From positions 42,658,001-42,722,000 of the forward strand of contig CM052818.1 in NCBI GenBank assembly GCA_028534125.1: a stretch of DNA of 64,000 bases, in the 5' to 3' direction. The position numbers and the translations under genes are program-made. Positions 51,200 through 64,000 of this stretch are shown here, piece by piece. Source of the stretch: Lama glama. Lineage: Eukaryota. The notes under the pieces are model-generated. The model ran no database searches and was not told where the DNA came from. It worked only from the letters and a program-made list of their open reading frames with translations. Position 1 is the first letter of the stretch. Every line of letters begins with the position of its first letter.

Positions 51200-51760
51200 C
51201 TTCATTTATTCATCCAGCAGGGAAAAGATCTGGTCTAGCTGCATCAGGAGCTGAGGCTGACAGGATGCTGCCTTCACACTCCTCACCCTCTACAGAGAGG
51301 AAGCAGAGTCACCCAGGACATAAGCCTTGAACAAGGTCATGGTAAGTGGCATAAGTGAGAAGAAAACAAGCCGGGGCTAGGATGGCGAGGGGCTGAGGAT
51401 GGGGCTGTGGTGATGGGGAGGTGTTCAGAGGTGACAGCATCTATGCTGAGACCTGAGGATTGGAGGAGCTGCTGAAGGCATTGCCAGGGCAGAACAAGAG
51501 CAGCAGCTGGAGGCTGGGACTCTCTCCACGGGTCTGAGGAGCAGGGGCTGGTCGTGCGGCTAGAGGACCATTAGTGAGTGCAGGAGTGGCACCAGAGGGG
51601 CTTGGAGAAGCATGTGGAGGTCACGTTCAGCAAGGGCTTTGGACTTTGTTCCTGGTGGAACTGGAAACACTTGAAGGGTATTGATCAGGCAAATGACATG
51701 ATTTGATTTACACTTTCAATGATCACTGTGGCATACGTGCGGACCGAATTGCGAAGGGCC
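51200..51760 (-). mobile_element. L2 LINE fragment
   Basis: ttcatttattcatccagca...gctgagacctga...ggactttgttcct...tgacatgatttgatttacactttcaatgatcactgtggc. Confidence 0.75.
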
Positions 51761-52289
51761 CAGAATTCTGCACAGCCACCCAACCCGGTAACTATGCTTT
51801 TAGACAAAACACAAAGGTCTGTAACATATAGAATGCATGGCAGACTCTAATTTTAGGCAGTTTTTATATGTTTCTTCCTGGCTAGAAACTTCCCTTTAAG
51901 AAAAACAAACAAACAAAAACAAAAACAAAAAAGCTTTTTGTTTGCAGCAAATATTTATAATTCTCTTAATAATAGTTGTACATTTTCCCCCTTTTTCTCC
52001 TTCTTTTTTTATCAAATCCACAACACCCTCATGCTGTTCAGCATGTGCACAATATATGCTTGATCTTTGCCTGTGTCCTTTTCCAAGAAAACTGAATGTA
52101 AGTCTATTGGATGAAGGAGCAGATGTCATTTCTTTGAATTTGTCACACAGAAGAAACTGTTATTCACTGATGTCCAATTTTATTTGGTCTTTGGAATAGC
52201 AAAGCTCTTTAGGGATAAGAACAAACTTTCACAGTGCTTGAACATCATCTCATAGAGGACACTTTCTGAGTAAAAACAATCTCTGGGCC

Positions 52290-52578
52290 TCACTGTGGTC
52301 ACCGGGGAGGAAGTAGCAAAGATGGCCCCTATGTCCAACTGAGTATGTGTCCTCTTTGTAATGACCTTCAGTAGACCCACCCCACCACCCTCTGAATCTC
52401 CATCCTCCTTTATTCTGAGAAAGTGGATCTGCTCAGAGGCTAGTGGGGAGCTCTCAGAAGGAACTATCCCTGCCAACACCTTGACCTCAGACTTCCAGCC
52501 TCCAGACCTGTAAGAGAAGTCTCTGTTGTCTGAGCCCCTCAGTTTGTGGTACTTGGTTACAGCAGTCCCAGGAGGTGC
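52290..52578 (+). mobile_element. MLT1 LTR fragment
   Basis: ccctgccaacaccttgacctcagacttccagcctccagacctgtaaga...agtttgtggtacttggttacagcag. Confidence 0.8.
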
Positions 52579-53994
52579 CCGACCCAGCTCCTGCTGATCA
52601 CGGTCTCTGGGGGAAGCCCCAGGGATCTGACTTTTTCAAATGCCCTTCAGTGGCTTCTGAGGATGGGGTGGGACTGGGCACAGTTCCATCTCCCTGCCTG
52701 TCCTGTCCCTGCGCATCCTCAGATGCTCCCCTCATATCTGATCCCCGCCACCCTCGCTGACTTGCTCAGAGGTTTTCAAGGCTCTTGTGGGATGTTTGGC
52801 CACATTGCAATCACAAATGAATCAGTCAAGATGAGACTGTTCACTTATTAAAACAGACATTTGTTGCCATTCCTCTGGTTTAAAAAAAAATTGCAAGTAT
52901 GTCATCCTAGTACCTAATACACATACAAAAAAACTAAACCTCCAACTGCGTTCTCTGCCCCTCGCCTGGTGCTGACTATGTGCTAAAGCAAACGTTGTCA
53001 GGGGTGACAGTCTTTCTAATTTCAAAGAATCTGAGTAATGTAATTTGAAAACTATGGTTCCTGAGCCGTTAGCTAAATAGAAAGAGACCGTTCTTCATTC
53101 TAAAATGTCTGGGGGACTCTGTTCTTTCAGAGAAACCGCGGCGAGAAACTTCTTCCCAGACAAGCCGAGTTAGCAGTGCGTATATAGAAACCAAAGACAG
53201 GAGGGAACTTTAAATTTTACTTCTGGCCAGTTTGACCTCCACGACCAGCCTGCCCGTCCCATAGCACCGACTTCTCTATAGTGATTGAGCAGAGGTGTTT
53301 TATTACGAGTCTGTGTCTCAGGAACCTGGAACATTCTTCACTTCACCCTTTGGGCTGAAATTTACCAGGCTTGTTCTCAGCCCCCAGGTGATTTTTTTTT
53401 TCTCCTGAAACTGGTAAATTTCTGCTCAGCCATTTTTATGCTGCTGGAGCACGAAGCCTAGTTATCATGCTCCGAAAATTGTTTAGATGCTTTCCACCCA
53501 CTGCCAGCCAAATAACAGGAACTAGTTTGTAGTTTTTTTTCCTAAAGTGAAAATTTTCCATGGCCTTTTTTGAGTGCAAGAACTGATTCTTTGTCACAGT
53601 GTGAGGTTTTCTCAGCCTGAAGCAGTACAGGAGAAGGAGAGAGCGTGGGCTCGAGTTTGAATCACACTTTTCCAATCATTATTTGTGTGATCTCAGGCAC
53701 AATATCTTTTCCCCAACCTTGTTTTCCTCATCTGTAAAATGGGACAGTAGCACCTTTCAAGTTTATGGTGAGGATGGGGCACTGATACATGTGTAATGGC
53801 TGGTGGCATGGCACAGGTGGGGCTTCTTAAATCTCGATTCTCACTGGAATCACCTGGGAGCTTTTAAAACAGACCTTCCCCTCATCTTGGACAAAATGAA
53901 TTTGATTCTTGTGGTGCGACCACACCTGAATCATTTTTATATTCTCCAGGAGATTTGGAAGCTCGGTGAAGTTTAAGAGCTAGTGGGTCCAACA

Positions 53995-54275
53995 AAGATG
54001 AACTTCAGGAGCATCATGCCAAGTGAAAGAAGTTGACACAAGAGACCACAAAATGGTATGAGTCTTTTGACACGATGTGCTAGAAATGGCAGAGCTGTGG
54101 GGACAGAAATTCAGTGACAGGGCCAGGGATCTGGGGAAGGAGATTACTGCACAGGGCACAGAGGAATGTTTTTGGGTGAAAATATTTGATGTATTGATTT
54201 GTCAATGCTCATTCACCTGTATGCTTCCAAAGGTAAATTTTATTGTGTGGAAATTATACCTCAGTTCAAAAAAGA
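53995..54275 (+). mobile_element. Old L1M 3' end
   Basis: gatgaacttcaggagcatcatgccaagtgaaagaag...aattttattgtgtggaaattatacctca. Confidence 0.8.
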
Positions 54276-56255
54276 ACTCATAGCATGGGTCCTCAATAGC
54301 CATTATTTTGATGATGATGATGTAGTAGCAGAAAGAAGGCAGCTGGAGTTTGAAACAATTTCCAAAGGTTGTGTTTTTTGATGAGGACCAGCTTGAAAGC
54401 CATGAAGCATTACAAGATAGATAGCCATAAATCCATAATTTGAAATGTGCACATTAAAATGAATGCATTCGACATGCTTTTCATTCCAGATGTTCAGGTA
54501 AGCATGCCGAATGGGGTTTGCTGACTCTTTCATTACTAATGAAGAATAAATCACAGATGATTGGAAAGAGTGTTAGCGTGGGGACAAACACTGGGGGCAT
54601 TTTCAAGCCGAGTTATCCAAACTCCCTGACACTTTCAAGAAAACAATCACAGTGAAGCAGAGACTCTTGGGAAATTCTTCCTGAGTCCCCTTTCTGCTGG
54701 CGCTGGAAGAATGGTGCTTCCTGTCACTCAGGTTTGCAAAGGAAGCCTTGAGAAGATGAAATGTCTGAAGAGCAAAGAGGTAGGAAGTGGAGATCAGCCA
54801 AGACCTCTGGGGGAGGTTTCCATCTGAGATGGGTCAGGGCTGTCACTCAGGTGAGACTTTCTGTCCTGTTCTGCTGGTAATTGGAACTCGAGTGCACACC
54901 TTGGCTTGGTTCTTTGGGACTGTGGTTCTCCAGCACAGAACAGGTCAAAATGTTCCTCCCCTCTTTTTCCAGTTGCATAACCTATGTCAAGGGACCTAAA
55001 CTTTCAGAGCGTTAGCTCCCACACCTGAAAAACAAGGGTGATGCTGTGCACTCTGCTGGATTGTTGGTGAGGGAGAGATAACGTACCTGGAGTGCCGTGC
55101 CCACTGTGTAGTAAAACATCCTATATTTAATGAGTCAACCCATGTCCCGGGCACTATTCTCTTAGGTTTACCTATTTTAATTCATTTACGTTTCATCACA
55201 ACTCCAAGAGGAGGATGTAATTGCTGTCCCATTGTATGAATGAGGAAATGGAGCACACAGAGGTTGGTCATTTGGCCAAGGATAGATGGAAGCAGCCTGG
55301 CTCCGAATCCTGTGTTCTTAACCACTGGTGCATCCCCAGCGCGTGCAGTAGGCTTGCCAGGAACTGTGGCAATCTGCAGAAAGTTGAGCATCATTCATTC
55401 ATCCTTGGGGAGGATCGATTCACCACACGTTTCTAGGTCCTGTGCTGCGCTGTGTGTGCATGTGCATGTGTATTTGGTGGGGGAAGGTCGCTCAGATGCA
55501 AGGCAGTGAGTTTTGCAGTAAAGCCTGGAGACCTAGGTCCGAATTCCTGTGTGCCCTTTGCTAGGTGTGACATTTGGCAGGTCCGTGGATCTCTTTGGGC
55601 CTTTATTTCACTTTTACAAAACAGGAATATTGGTGTATTACCAAAGGGTTGGAAGGGTTAAATAAAATGATGGATGTAAATGTACCTGGCTATTGTCCAA
55701 ATGTATAGGATCTTGGTGTGTATGTATATGTATATATATATAAAAAATATATATTTTTTTAAGATTTAAAAAACGCATAAATTTTTGAGAGAAGCTTGCA
55801 GACTAACAAGGTTCAGGGAGCTTGTATTTCTGACTTGGATTTACAGTTTCCATTCTATTGATGGTGGTCCCCAGCCAGAGCCCTGGTGTCTGTCCTGCCA
55901 AGTAAGGAGGGAGCATAGAGCTCCTGTTAAGGACAGAAACCTGGGCTTGCAAACACAGAGCGATCTGATTTTTGGCAACCAAAGCCCTGAGTCCACTACT
56001 TTGTGTCGAGGATGGTGCCTGGCCTGGGGGACCTTCCGGAAGGGAGGAGACGTGATCCCTGTTCTCAAGGAACTTGTCAACTGGCTTCGGTGGCAAAGCT
56101 ACCACTGCACTCTAGGAGGGCTAATGGGGTTTCTGTAGTTGTTCACCTTTGTATCTCCTGCGCCTGGTCAAGTGTCCAACCCTTGCTAAGCGTTTCAAGA
56201 ATATTGAGCCATGAAGGTCTGGTTACCACCAGAGAGAGCGATCAAGGGCTCAAAA

Positions 56256-56274
56256 GTGCTGCCACCTACAGGTG
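56256..56274 (-). promoter_or_regulatory. Candidate CTCF motif
   Basis: Minus strand CCTGTAGGTGGCAGCAC fits the CTCF core with one non-consensus base. Confidence 0.45.
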
Positions 56275-58098
56275 GACTGGACAACTAGGCATTTCTGGGC
56301 TTGGGGACTTCGGTCTTTATGGAAATCAAGCAAGCCTCTTCTCTCTCCTTGCCAGAGGTTCTGAGATGCAGCTTGCTGCTCTGGGAATTGTTGGCAATTT
56401 TCTCTAATTGATGCTTTATTAACAAGCACGGAAGAGTTTCCTTTCCATGCTGGAAGAGTAAGCTGTCAGTGAACACTGCCCAGGCTGGTGACATCTGATT
56501 TCTTAGCCTGCAAGGCTGTGGTGTCTTCTCTGTGGAGTCTGGGAAAGACCTGTGGGCAGAGAACTGACCTGTATGGAAACTGTGCATCCATCCTTACTTA
56601 GCATGTGACCCTAGGCATGCCACCCTTTGCTAAGCTTCACATTTCTTACCTCACCTGGTCCTATGACCAGCTACCACGTCCTGTGTGCCCACTGTGTTCC
56701 AGGTCTCATCCCAGGCGATAAAATTTGCCACTAAGGACAGCTCCTAGGATCAGCTGGGGAAACAACTGTGGGTACCAGGAAGAGGCCCAGGTGTTTCTGG
56801 GAGACCTTCTCCCTCTCCAGGCCTCTGCTTCCTCGTCTGTAAGGTTGTAATGACGGTCCTTGCTTAGGCCTTAGGATTATAGTGTCAGAAAAACTGAAAG
56901 AGTACTTCTGAAGGGCCTTGGGTTTTAAATTCCGACGTGGGAAGACGTTAGTGGCTTGAAAAGAGAGGTCCCCAGGCCTCAGAATTTCCCCCTCCCTTAA
57001 GCTCTTCCAGTCTCCCTCCTGGAACACCCAGCTTCTCTCCAGGGAGGAGTCAGGCTTTCAATGCCTGTCTCGCTGCTCCCACTGGAGGTGGAGGTGGCGT
57101 CCCTGGGGGAGGTGAGTTTTGACCTGGGATTCCTGGCAGCTGGGGTGGCCTGGAGCTGGGGAGGGGTGCACTCCCCCCCCCCCCCGCACTAGGTTGGAAA
57201 ATTCTTTAAAGGGCCACTTACCTGGAACCTACTGATACGTCTAGAGTCCCTCTGGATTAGGATTTGAGCCCCTGGAAGGTTCGAATAGATGTCTCATCCA
57301 GCCCTGCCTCCTCACCCCAGGACAGGACCCTGCCCAGGGCAGTGGCTTTATGAAAACCCACTGAGCCGAGTTACGTGGCGCTGAATCACTGAAACACGAA
57401 GACAGCTGCTGGACTGGGTACTAAAACCAGCCCCACCAGGCCTGGTGGGGGTCAGTCCCGAAAGCTGGTGTGTCGGAGGTGGGGCTGGAGGCAGGCTTAT
57501 TCTCCCTGACAAATAGGCAGTGACTGTCTTCCTACACCCTTGGGGTTTAATCTTCTCTTTTGAATCTGGAAAGCCCATGGCGCTCAGCACTGAAACCCAT
57601 TACAGAGCAATTGTCCTTGGAGCTCAAGTTCCCTTGCAATTCTTTTCATGGGAGGCTCAGATGGCTGGCTCTGACATTATTCTGTGAATCATAGACACTT
57701 CTGCTCCAGGCTCTTAGAAATGGTTTTCACCTGCCCGGGTCGCCTGAGAAATAGAACTTTATTCCTCTTTTTGCCCTCTGTATGCCCTCATCTTCAAAGA
57801 GGGAGCTCTCACCAAAGCCTTTCCCCTGCCTCCACCTTAGAGGGACGTGTAATCAAGTACTGGAAAGGCCCTAGATGTGAGATAGAAACACTGTGGAGAC
57901 TGATCTAGTGGAAGCAGGCAGGAATACGATTCTAAGAATCACAGATTCAAGGAATGTGAGGTCAGGAGGCACCCGGGGACAGGAGGCCTGAGGTGGTGGA
58001 AGGCCCACTCACAGGAGCAGTTCTCACACTAGTTGTGTGTGAGATGCGACCACTGCCATTGATGCAGGAAAAACAGATGTGGAGCATGAGGAGGGCCA

Positions 58099-58713
58099 TG
58101 TCCGAGGCTTCGGTTGAGTCCCTGGGACATGCCCTGCGAAGCGTGGGTCCTTGGCTTAGCGCAGGAAAGAATTCAAGAGTGAGCCATAGTTGAGTAAAGG
58201 TAGATGTACTTAGAGAGATGCATCGAAAGGCAAGAGAAAGGCCATGAGGTTTGGGGGTTAGGTGCTTAGATTAGAGTAAAAGTAGGTACACACTCCATAG
58301 ACAGAGTGCAGGCCGTCTCTGAAGGGGGAGACAGAGAGAGAGGGCGGTGGCTGTGGCCATGAGGTGCTCTGTTGCCAATTTTTATGGGTTTGGTGGCTTC
58401 ATATGGTAATAAGTGGAAGGACCAGCCTAGCTAGCCTGGGGAAGGGGCTGGGATTCCCAGGAAGTTGGCCATTTCCTACTCTTTGACCTTTTGTGGCTAG
58501 ACCTTGGGACTGTCATGGCACCTGTGGGCACGTTATTTACCATGTTAATACATTACAAAGAGCGTATAATGAAGCTCAAGGTCTACTAGAAGTCAAATCT
58601 CCCACCATCTTGAGCCTCAAGGCCTACTGGGGGTTGAATACTTCACCATTTTGGTGTTAATTGCTGTGTTATTCCTTGAATGGCTGTGCCCTGCCCCCTT
58701 CCATCCTGTCTCA
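58099..58713 (-). mobile_element. ERV1-class solo LTR (second family)
   Basis: tgtcc...tgtctca termini; gggtccttggcttagcgcaggaaagaattcaagagtgagcc R/U5-like segment; ccat on both flanks (58096-58099, 58714-58717). Confidence 0.8.
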
Positions 58714-58730
58714 CCATTTTGGAATCGTGG

Positions 58731-59322
58731 TGTGGCCGGTAGATGTAGCCGGCGTCCAGGTTCTTGGATTTATTAAGGGATGGATAGTACACTCTAAGGG
58801 GAGAGCGGGCAGGCTCAGGTGAGCGGCTGCCCTGAGTTTCTTTGGCAAGTTGATTACATAGAGTGTAAATTGGCAGAATATTCATTGGGGAAAGAAGGGT
58901 TTGGGGTCGTATGCCCTGATTTTCATCCCAACTCCACCTTCCCAAAGGGAGGAGGGCTTTTCGTCCTTATTTAGTCTGGATCAGAAGTGTCATGGTGTCT
59001 GTGCATGATGGGGCCTTCTAATCTGCAAGGCTAATTTTATTGAAATGAAGGCATAATGAGCAAACGGTTACATTCAGACTTTGGAGATTCCTACCTTTTC
59101 CCATCTTTCTTTGTCAGCCTCCAGGCTGCTTATCCCCTCAAAAGTGTGACCACTATCAGCCCAGAGCTTCCTGCTTTTTTCTCTCTGCTCAGGGACCCCT
59201 GGTGCTTACATGATGTGTGGTTTCCTGCATTTGGCCTGTGCCCCTCCTTTCTGCCCAGTTCCTGCCATCTGGCCTGTGTCCCTCTTTCTCTGCTCACATC
59301 TAGCTCTCTGCCTGCTCTAACA
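58731..59322 (-). mobile_element. ERV1-class solo LTR, same family as 23405-23995
   Basis: Shared ggatttattaag...ctgagtttctttggcaagttgatta...tctggatcagaagtgtcatggtgt...ctgcctgctctaaca; flanks gtgg/gtcg. Confidence 0.88.
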
Positions 59323-61609
59323 GTCGGATTACGGAGTTCAGGGGCCTGGCTGTGGTCCCAGCTCCACTGCTCACCTTTATCCCTGTTAGCCCCTGCTGCC
59401 CTGTTTCTAAGCACCTGGAGCTCCCTGAACGTGGGAGACCCAAGTCTCTTCCACCTGCTGCTCCCTGTTTAGAACACCCTTCCTGGTTGGTCTTTGCCTG
59501 TAGGTCCTTTACCTAATGATTCTAGTGATTATTTAGAACAGACATCAATTTGACTGAACATTTTCTGGGATGTTCCATTTCCATCAGAAGTACCTCCCTC
59601 TTTCAGAACACACTGAACTTATTAATTAGCTATTTCTGTTCAATAGTGAGCCCTGAAATGGCTTTCAGTTGGGAAATGAAATGGCCAAGACCAATTGTCA
59701 GAAAGGTCGCTGTTCTGGCTTCTGTGGGAAGTGTGGCTGCCGAGTGGAGGGCCTGGATCAAGGGAGTGGGGGATGCGGGGCGATGGGGAACAAAGGGAGT
59801 GGTCCGGGGAGGGGAGGGAGGCTTGCAGTGAGGATGTAAGAGGAGGATTAGCCTTGGTTCCAAGATGGTGCAGGATGAAGGAAGCACCCGGAGCGCCACT
59901 AAATGAGCGCTGGCCAGACGCTCACAGGAAGCCTATACTGAGTTGGATGGAATGAACAGGGGACCTTCTGGGGTTTTCTACTGACAGGTAGTCTGGCTGC
60001 AAAAGTTCTCAACAAACAAGGCAAAAACACTTTTTCGGAGTTTTGCTGAGGCGTTTCCTGAACCAGGTGTGAAATGCCGCCATGGGGGCTGCCTGATCTG
60101 TCCGAGGGCAGCGTGCCTCTCCGCTTCCCCAGCGTTCTCCCGTGTGTCCACACCAGGAACACGCAGGCACGCTGAGCGCATTCCACCCAGGAGCCTTTGC
60201 TCCCCCACTCCCCGCAGCCCCCAGGGATCCACAGCCAACTTCCTGCCTATCTGTAAAGGAGCAGCCCAAAGGACCTCTTTTCACGGAAGTCAGAAGTGCT
60301 GTCTCTCCCTCTTTGGGATCCTCAAAGCTAATTTTAAGGCCAATATCACCTTTTTTCCCCATGTGTTCGAGTTGAATAGGCATATAGTTTATCTGTTCCT
60401 TGCTCCTTGATAATCACTTCTGTACCCCGACCCTCTGTGGCCCCAACCGGGCAGAACGCTTGTACGTAGCTGATGCTGAGAATTGTTCTTGAAATGGATG
60501 AGACAGAAATAATGACGCCTAGCCTCTCTGGGTGCCAAAGACTATGACCATGACCCCCCTTCTTCACTGAAAAATCAGGGAAGATAATGCTTTTAACTTT
60601 TGCTGAGAAGAGCTTTGCAAATATGGTACATGTACAGACAGACTCGGGGACAAGGGAACCAACATAACAAATTAAAGTGTGTATGTGGGGGGGGGGAGGG
60701 GCACAGAAACACACAAACTCACAGTGCTGAGCACAAAATAAGCACTCAAAATACCTGTACAGCCTTCTTCCTGCCCTTTCTGGGTGGAATCTTTCAGAAT
60801 TGCAAATACTCTGAAGACCCCTCCCCTGGAAGAGCTGATAAAGGAGAGGACCAGCCCCCAGGAGGCCTCCTTACCTCGTACCATGGTGTTCCTTTTACTC
60901 TCCCAGGCCACTGGTCAGGCTGGACTGCACGCCTGGAGTCTTTCTCGCTCCCTTATTGTTCACACATTCTTTCCAGGAAAATCCCACAGTCCTGGCTTCT
61001 GTCTTCCATGATCAGAAACTGTTGCTTGCCAAGGAGTCTTTCCTTTAACCTTTGCATGAAATAAGTCAGTGGATGTGGGACAATTCTGAGACTGTCTCCT
61101 TGCCGTATGACACACGGTGTGTCACAGAGTAAAAGTGACCTCTCCCACTCAGGCATTGTGGAGAATACTTACTTCTCTCATCAGAGGCCAGTCTACCAGC
61201 AGGCAAATAGAACAGTTTCCAAATAATTCAGTTATGCTTCTGATCTACTTATTTCTATTGCTTGGGACAAATATCCCTGATGTTTTTGAGAACAGGATTG
61301 TGCATGGAGGGGATATCCTGAAGGGAGTTTGTGCATCACAAGGCCCTCTGGCCGTGGGCCGGAGCCTGGACCATGTGGAGATTTTGCATCCAGAAGTGAC
61401 AGCTGTCTGCCAGGCATGTCAAGGTCGGAGCGGTAGTGGGCGCTCCTGTCCCATGTTGTGGTTATGTTGCATCAGCCAATGATCAGCCGACATCTCTTCC
61501 ACACTCTCCCCTTTGTAGGGCAGCTGTGACGTTTCGAGGATTGCCTCCGTCCTCAGCTCCAGGAACGGGCTCTGATTTGCCTAATTCATCAGAGAACTCT
61601 TACTGCCTT

Positions 61610-61995
61610 GCCACCGTAATTGGTGTGGGTGACCCAGATGTTAATCAGTCAACACACAGCTGTCTTCCGGCCATGGGGACTGGTTTTGTCATGGCCTCAC
61701 GGTCTATTTCAGGTCAATGAGATGTGAGCGGAAATGTGATGGAAAATTTGGGGTACAGCTTCCCCCTCTCTCTGATCCTCTGAAAAAGCCATTTTGCCTC
61801 TGTGAGCCTGAAAATGAACTCCACCCATAGAGGAGAACACGGCTGAGTTCAGGAGAGAGACACCCCGAGGCACGGGCTTCAGGCAACCGGGAAGCCGGCT
61901 TCACCTCTGGGCTTCCCATTCTGTGAACCAAATCGTTGACGCATTATTTAAATTGGTTTTCCTATGATTTGCAACATAAAACAAACAAACTGATA
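61610..61995 (+). mobile_element. Old MLT1 LTR
   Basis: ggtcaatgagatgtgagcggaa...cacctctgggcttccca...ggttttcctatgatttgcaac. Confidence 0.6.
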
Positions 61996-63489
61996 GCGGG
62001 AGGGGCTTGTCGACGGTGGGAGTGTGGGTAAAGTCAGAGGTTTCCTAGTGGTGGGGCTGCCCAAGGACTCGAAGGAGTTCCCCAGCAGAGAGCAGAACAT
62101 GGGAAAAGGCAAGAAGGGGTAACAGGAATAGTGTGCTTTGGGGAGTTGGTGGTGGTTCCGTATGTCTGGGGAGCTCCAGTCCTTCCAGGAGGGACAGTAG
62201 CCTGGCCATTGAGCTCCTTGGGGATTCTGCGTCGTCCGCAGCAATGAGTCCCTGGTGGCCAGCAGAGTGCCTGGAACATACATTGTGAATAAATAAATCA
62301 GTGAATGAATGGATCTCTTGTTGCTCCCGGCCATGCAGATGTGTAGGTACAGGAAGGGTTAGAAAAGTCAGCAGTGAGAGGCATTGGAGCAATCAGTTCC
62401 CAAGTGCAAGATGGAAGCGGCCAGAGTGACATGATTCAGGTCCTCTCTGGGGACAGAGTGAGCTGGAGAGACCCTGAAGACATTGGGACACCATGGGACC
62501 TGCCCTCAGCAGCGCAGCCTTGGAATTATCATTTGGAGAGGGAGTGCCTGTTGATCGAATCCCGTTTAGAAGTACTCCATTAAGAGACTTGCAGGCTTGA
62601 TGGGATTACAGGTCTGCCTGGCGAGTGTGTTTTTCCGGAGCTGGTGGGATGACTCAAGCCCTGTGGAGACAGACAGTCCCGTAAGATTACTCAGAAGTCG
62701 GTTCCAGGGGCTCTGGCCCGGAGACTCTCAGAGTAATTACAGTATCAACCGCGTTATCAGGGCCAGCCAGGCCTCCCGAGAAGCCTGGAATCAATCGCTA
62801 TCATTTTGCTTTTATTTCTTCAGTAACTGCAAGACAGAAATCAACGGGGGACAGCCTAGAATTTAACATGTGCTTATCGCTTTTGTGGGCATCACTGAAA
62901 TCAGAGAGCTCAATTAAGTCATCCAGTGGCCAATATAGAATTCCCCAGTTCCTGGAGAGAAGGTTTGAGATCCTCCACTTCCCTTCCACAACCTCTGGCG
63001 ACTCCCTCTGTTAAGCATCCATTTTCTCTCCTGTTTCTGAGCCTCATGCTCTGCCCTGGTGCTTTGCTTACAGCGTGGAAACACACTCACGTCTCTGTCT
63101 CAGCAAACGCGCAAACCCCACTTCTCCTTCCACCACATTTCTCTCTCCAGTTTGTGCCTCAAGTTCCTCATTTACGTCTCTCCCCACGTCCACGGAGATC
63201 ACCTGGACCAAGGCTCTCGATTTGCCATCTCCAGTCCCATCGCTTCACTCTGGTGCTCTCTGCACTCGGCTTCTGTCTCCTCTACTCTCCGAAACAGCTC
63301 TCACCAGGGGCAACCATGACCTCCTGGTTGCCAGATGCAATGGGCATTAAAACACTGAAGACACTTAGATGACAATGCAATTATCATCAAACTCAGACAC
63401 TTTGCAGAACTTCTTTCAGAGCAAATGGGGATGAACATGGGGGCAACATACATAATATGACTTTCCCGGAAGAAAAGGGATGAGGGATG

Positions 63490-63835
63490 CTCTAACAGTG
63501 AAATAGTTTTATAGATATTTGCTCATCTGAGACAGTGGACATGTGGTCCGGAGAGGCAGAGCAACTTGCTCAAGGTCATACAGCCTGTTAGGACTTGAAC
63601 CCAGGCCTCTTGACTCTAAACATTCATTCAGGACTCACTGTACCTCAGGCACTGTTCTAGATATCTTGTAACTGTAATTTGTGTAACAGCTCTGTAAAGT
63701 AGATAGTATTGTCCTCACTTTACAAATAATGAAGCTGAGGTATGTGGAGTGGTAAATGACTCGCCCAAGGCCACAGAGCTAGAAATGGCAGAGGTTGGGT
63801 GGAACCCTAGAACCCAGGCTTAACCGCTGCGCATT
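63490..63835 (-). mobile_element. Two MIR SINE fragments
   Basis: acttgctcaaggtcatacagc...acttgaacccagg; cctcactttacaaataatgaagctgagg...tgactcgcccaaggccacagagctag. Confidence 0.8.
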
Positions 63836-64000
63836 GCCACCTTTCCATTGTCTTGTCTTACCGTTTACGCCAGACCTTCCCAACCAGGCTGTCTGTCTGT
63901 GGTTAGGAGTGGTCCTAGACCGTCTCCTCGGCTCTAGGGACAGCTGGGTGGGCCTTGGGGCAGCCAGAGCTTCTGGACTGGTCCCCTCTTGCTGGGAGCT

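Noticed and set aside
55720..55762. AT palindrome aaaaaatatatatttttt as a cruciform or MITE
   Set aside because: Explained by a decayed (TA)n microsatellite.
23405..59322. Two homologous co-oriented LTRs as the ends of one provirus
   Set aside because: They are 35 kb apart with host DNA between, differ structurally, have separate flank duplications, and no PBS or gag/pol/env is visible.

Overview
Mammalian non-coding DNA (intergenic or deep intron), most likely camelid: it carries four copies of a tRNA-Ala-derived SINE resembling the camelid Vic-1 family, plus young lineage-specific L1 3' ends. I recognise no host protein-coding exon, RNA gene or CRISPR-like array. The only ORFs with recognisable homology are L1 ORF2 remnants (6488-6778, 25210-25416). 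The window is dominated by MIR, L2, L1, MLT1/MER21/ERV1 solo LTRs and hAT (MER5, MER63) relics, with two assembly gaps (500 N and 100 N). Repeat family names come from my recall of consensus sequences and need RepeatMasker/Dfam confirmation. The most interesting signals are: a promoter-like CCAAT + GC box + ATG + strong splice donor at ~49.15-49.27 kb followed by a motif-dense unique block; three L1 insertions stacked within ~30 bp of original sequence at 5.7-6.9 kb; micro-inversions inside two old L1s; two adjacent ERV1 solo LTRs; and several compact TF-motif clusters. I found no evidence for a new biological system; the findings are candidate regulatory elements and transposon-evolution curiosities.
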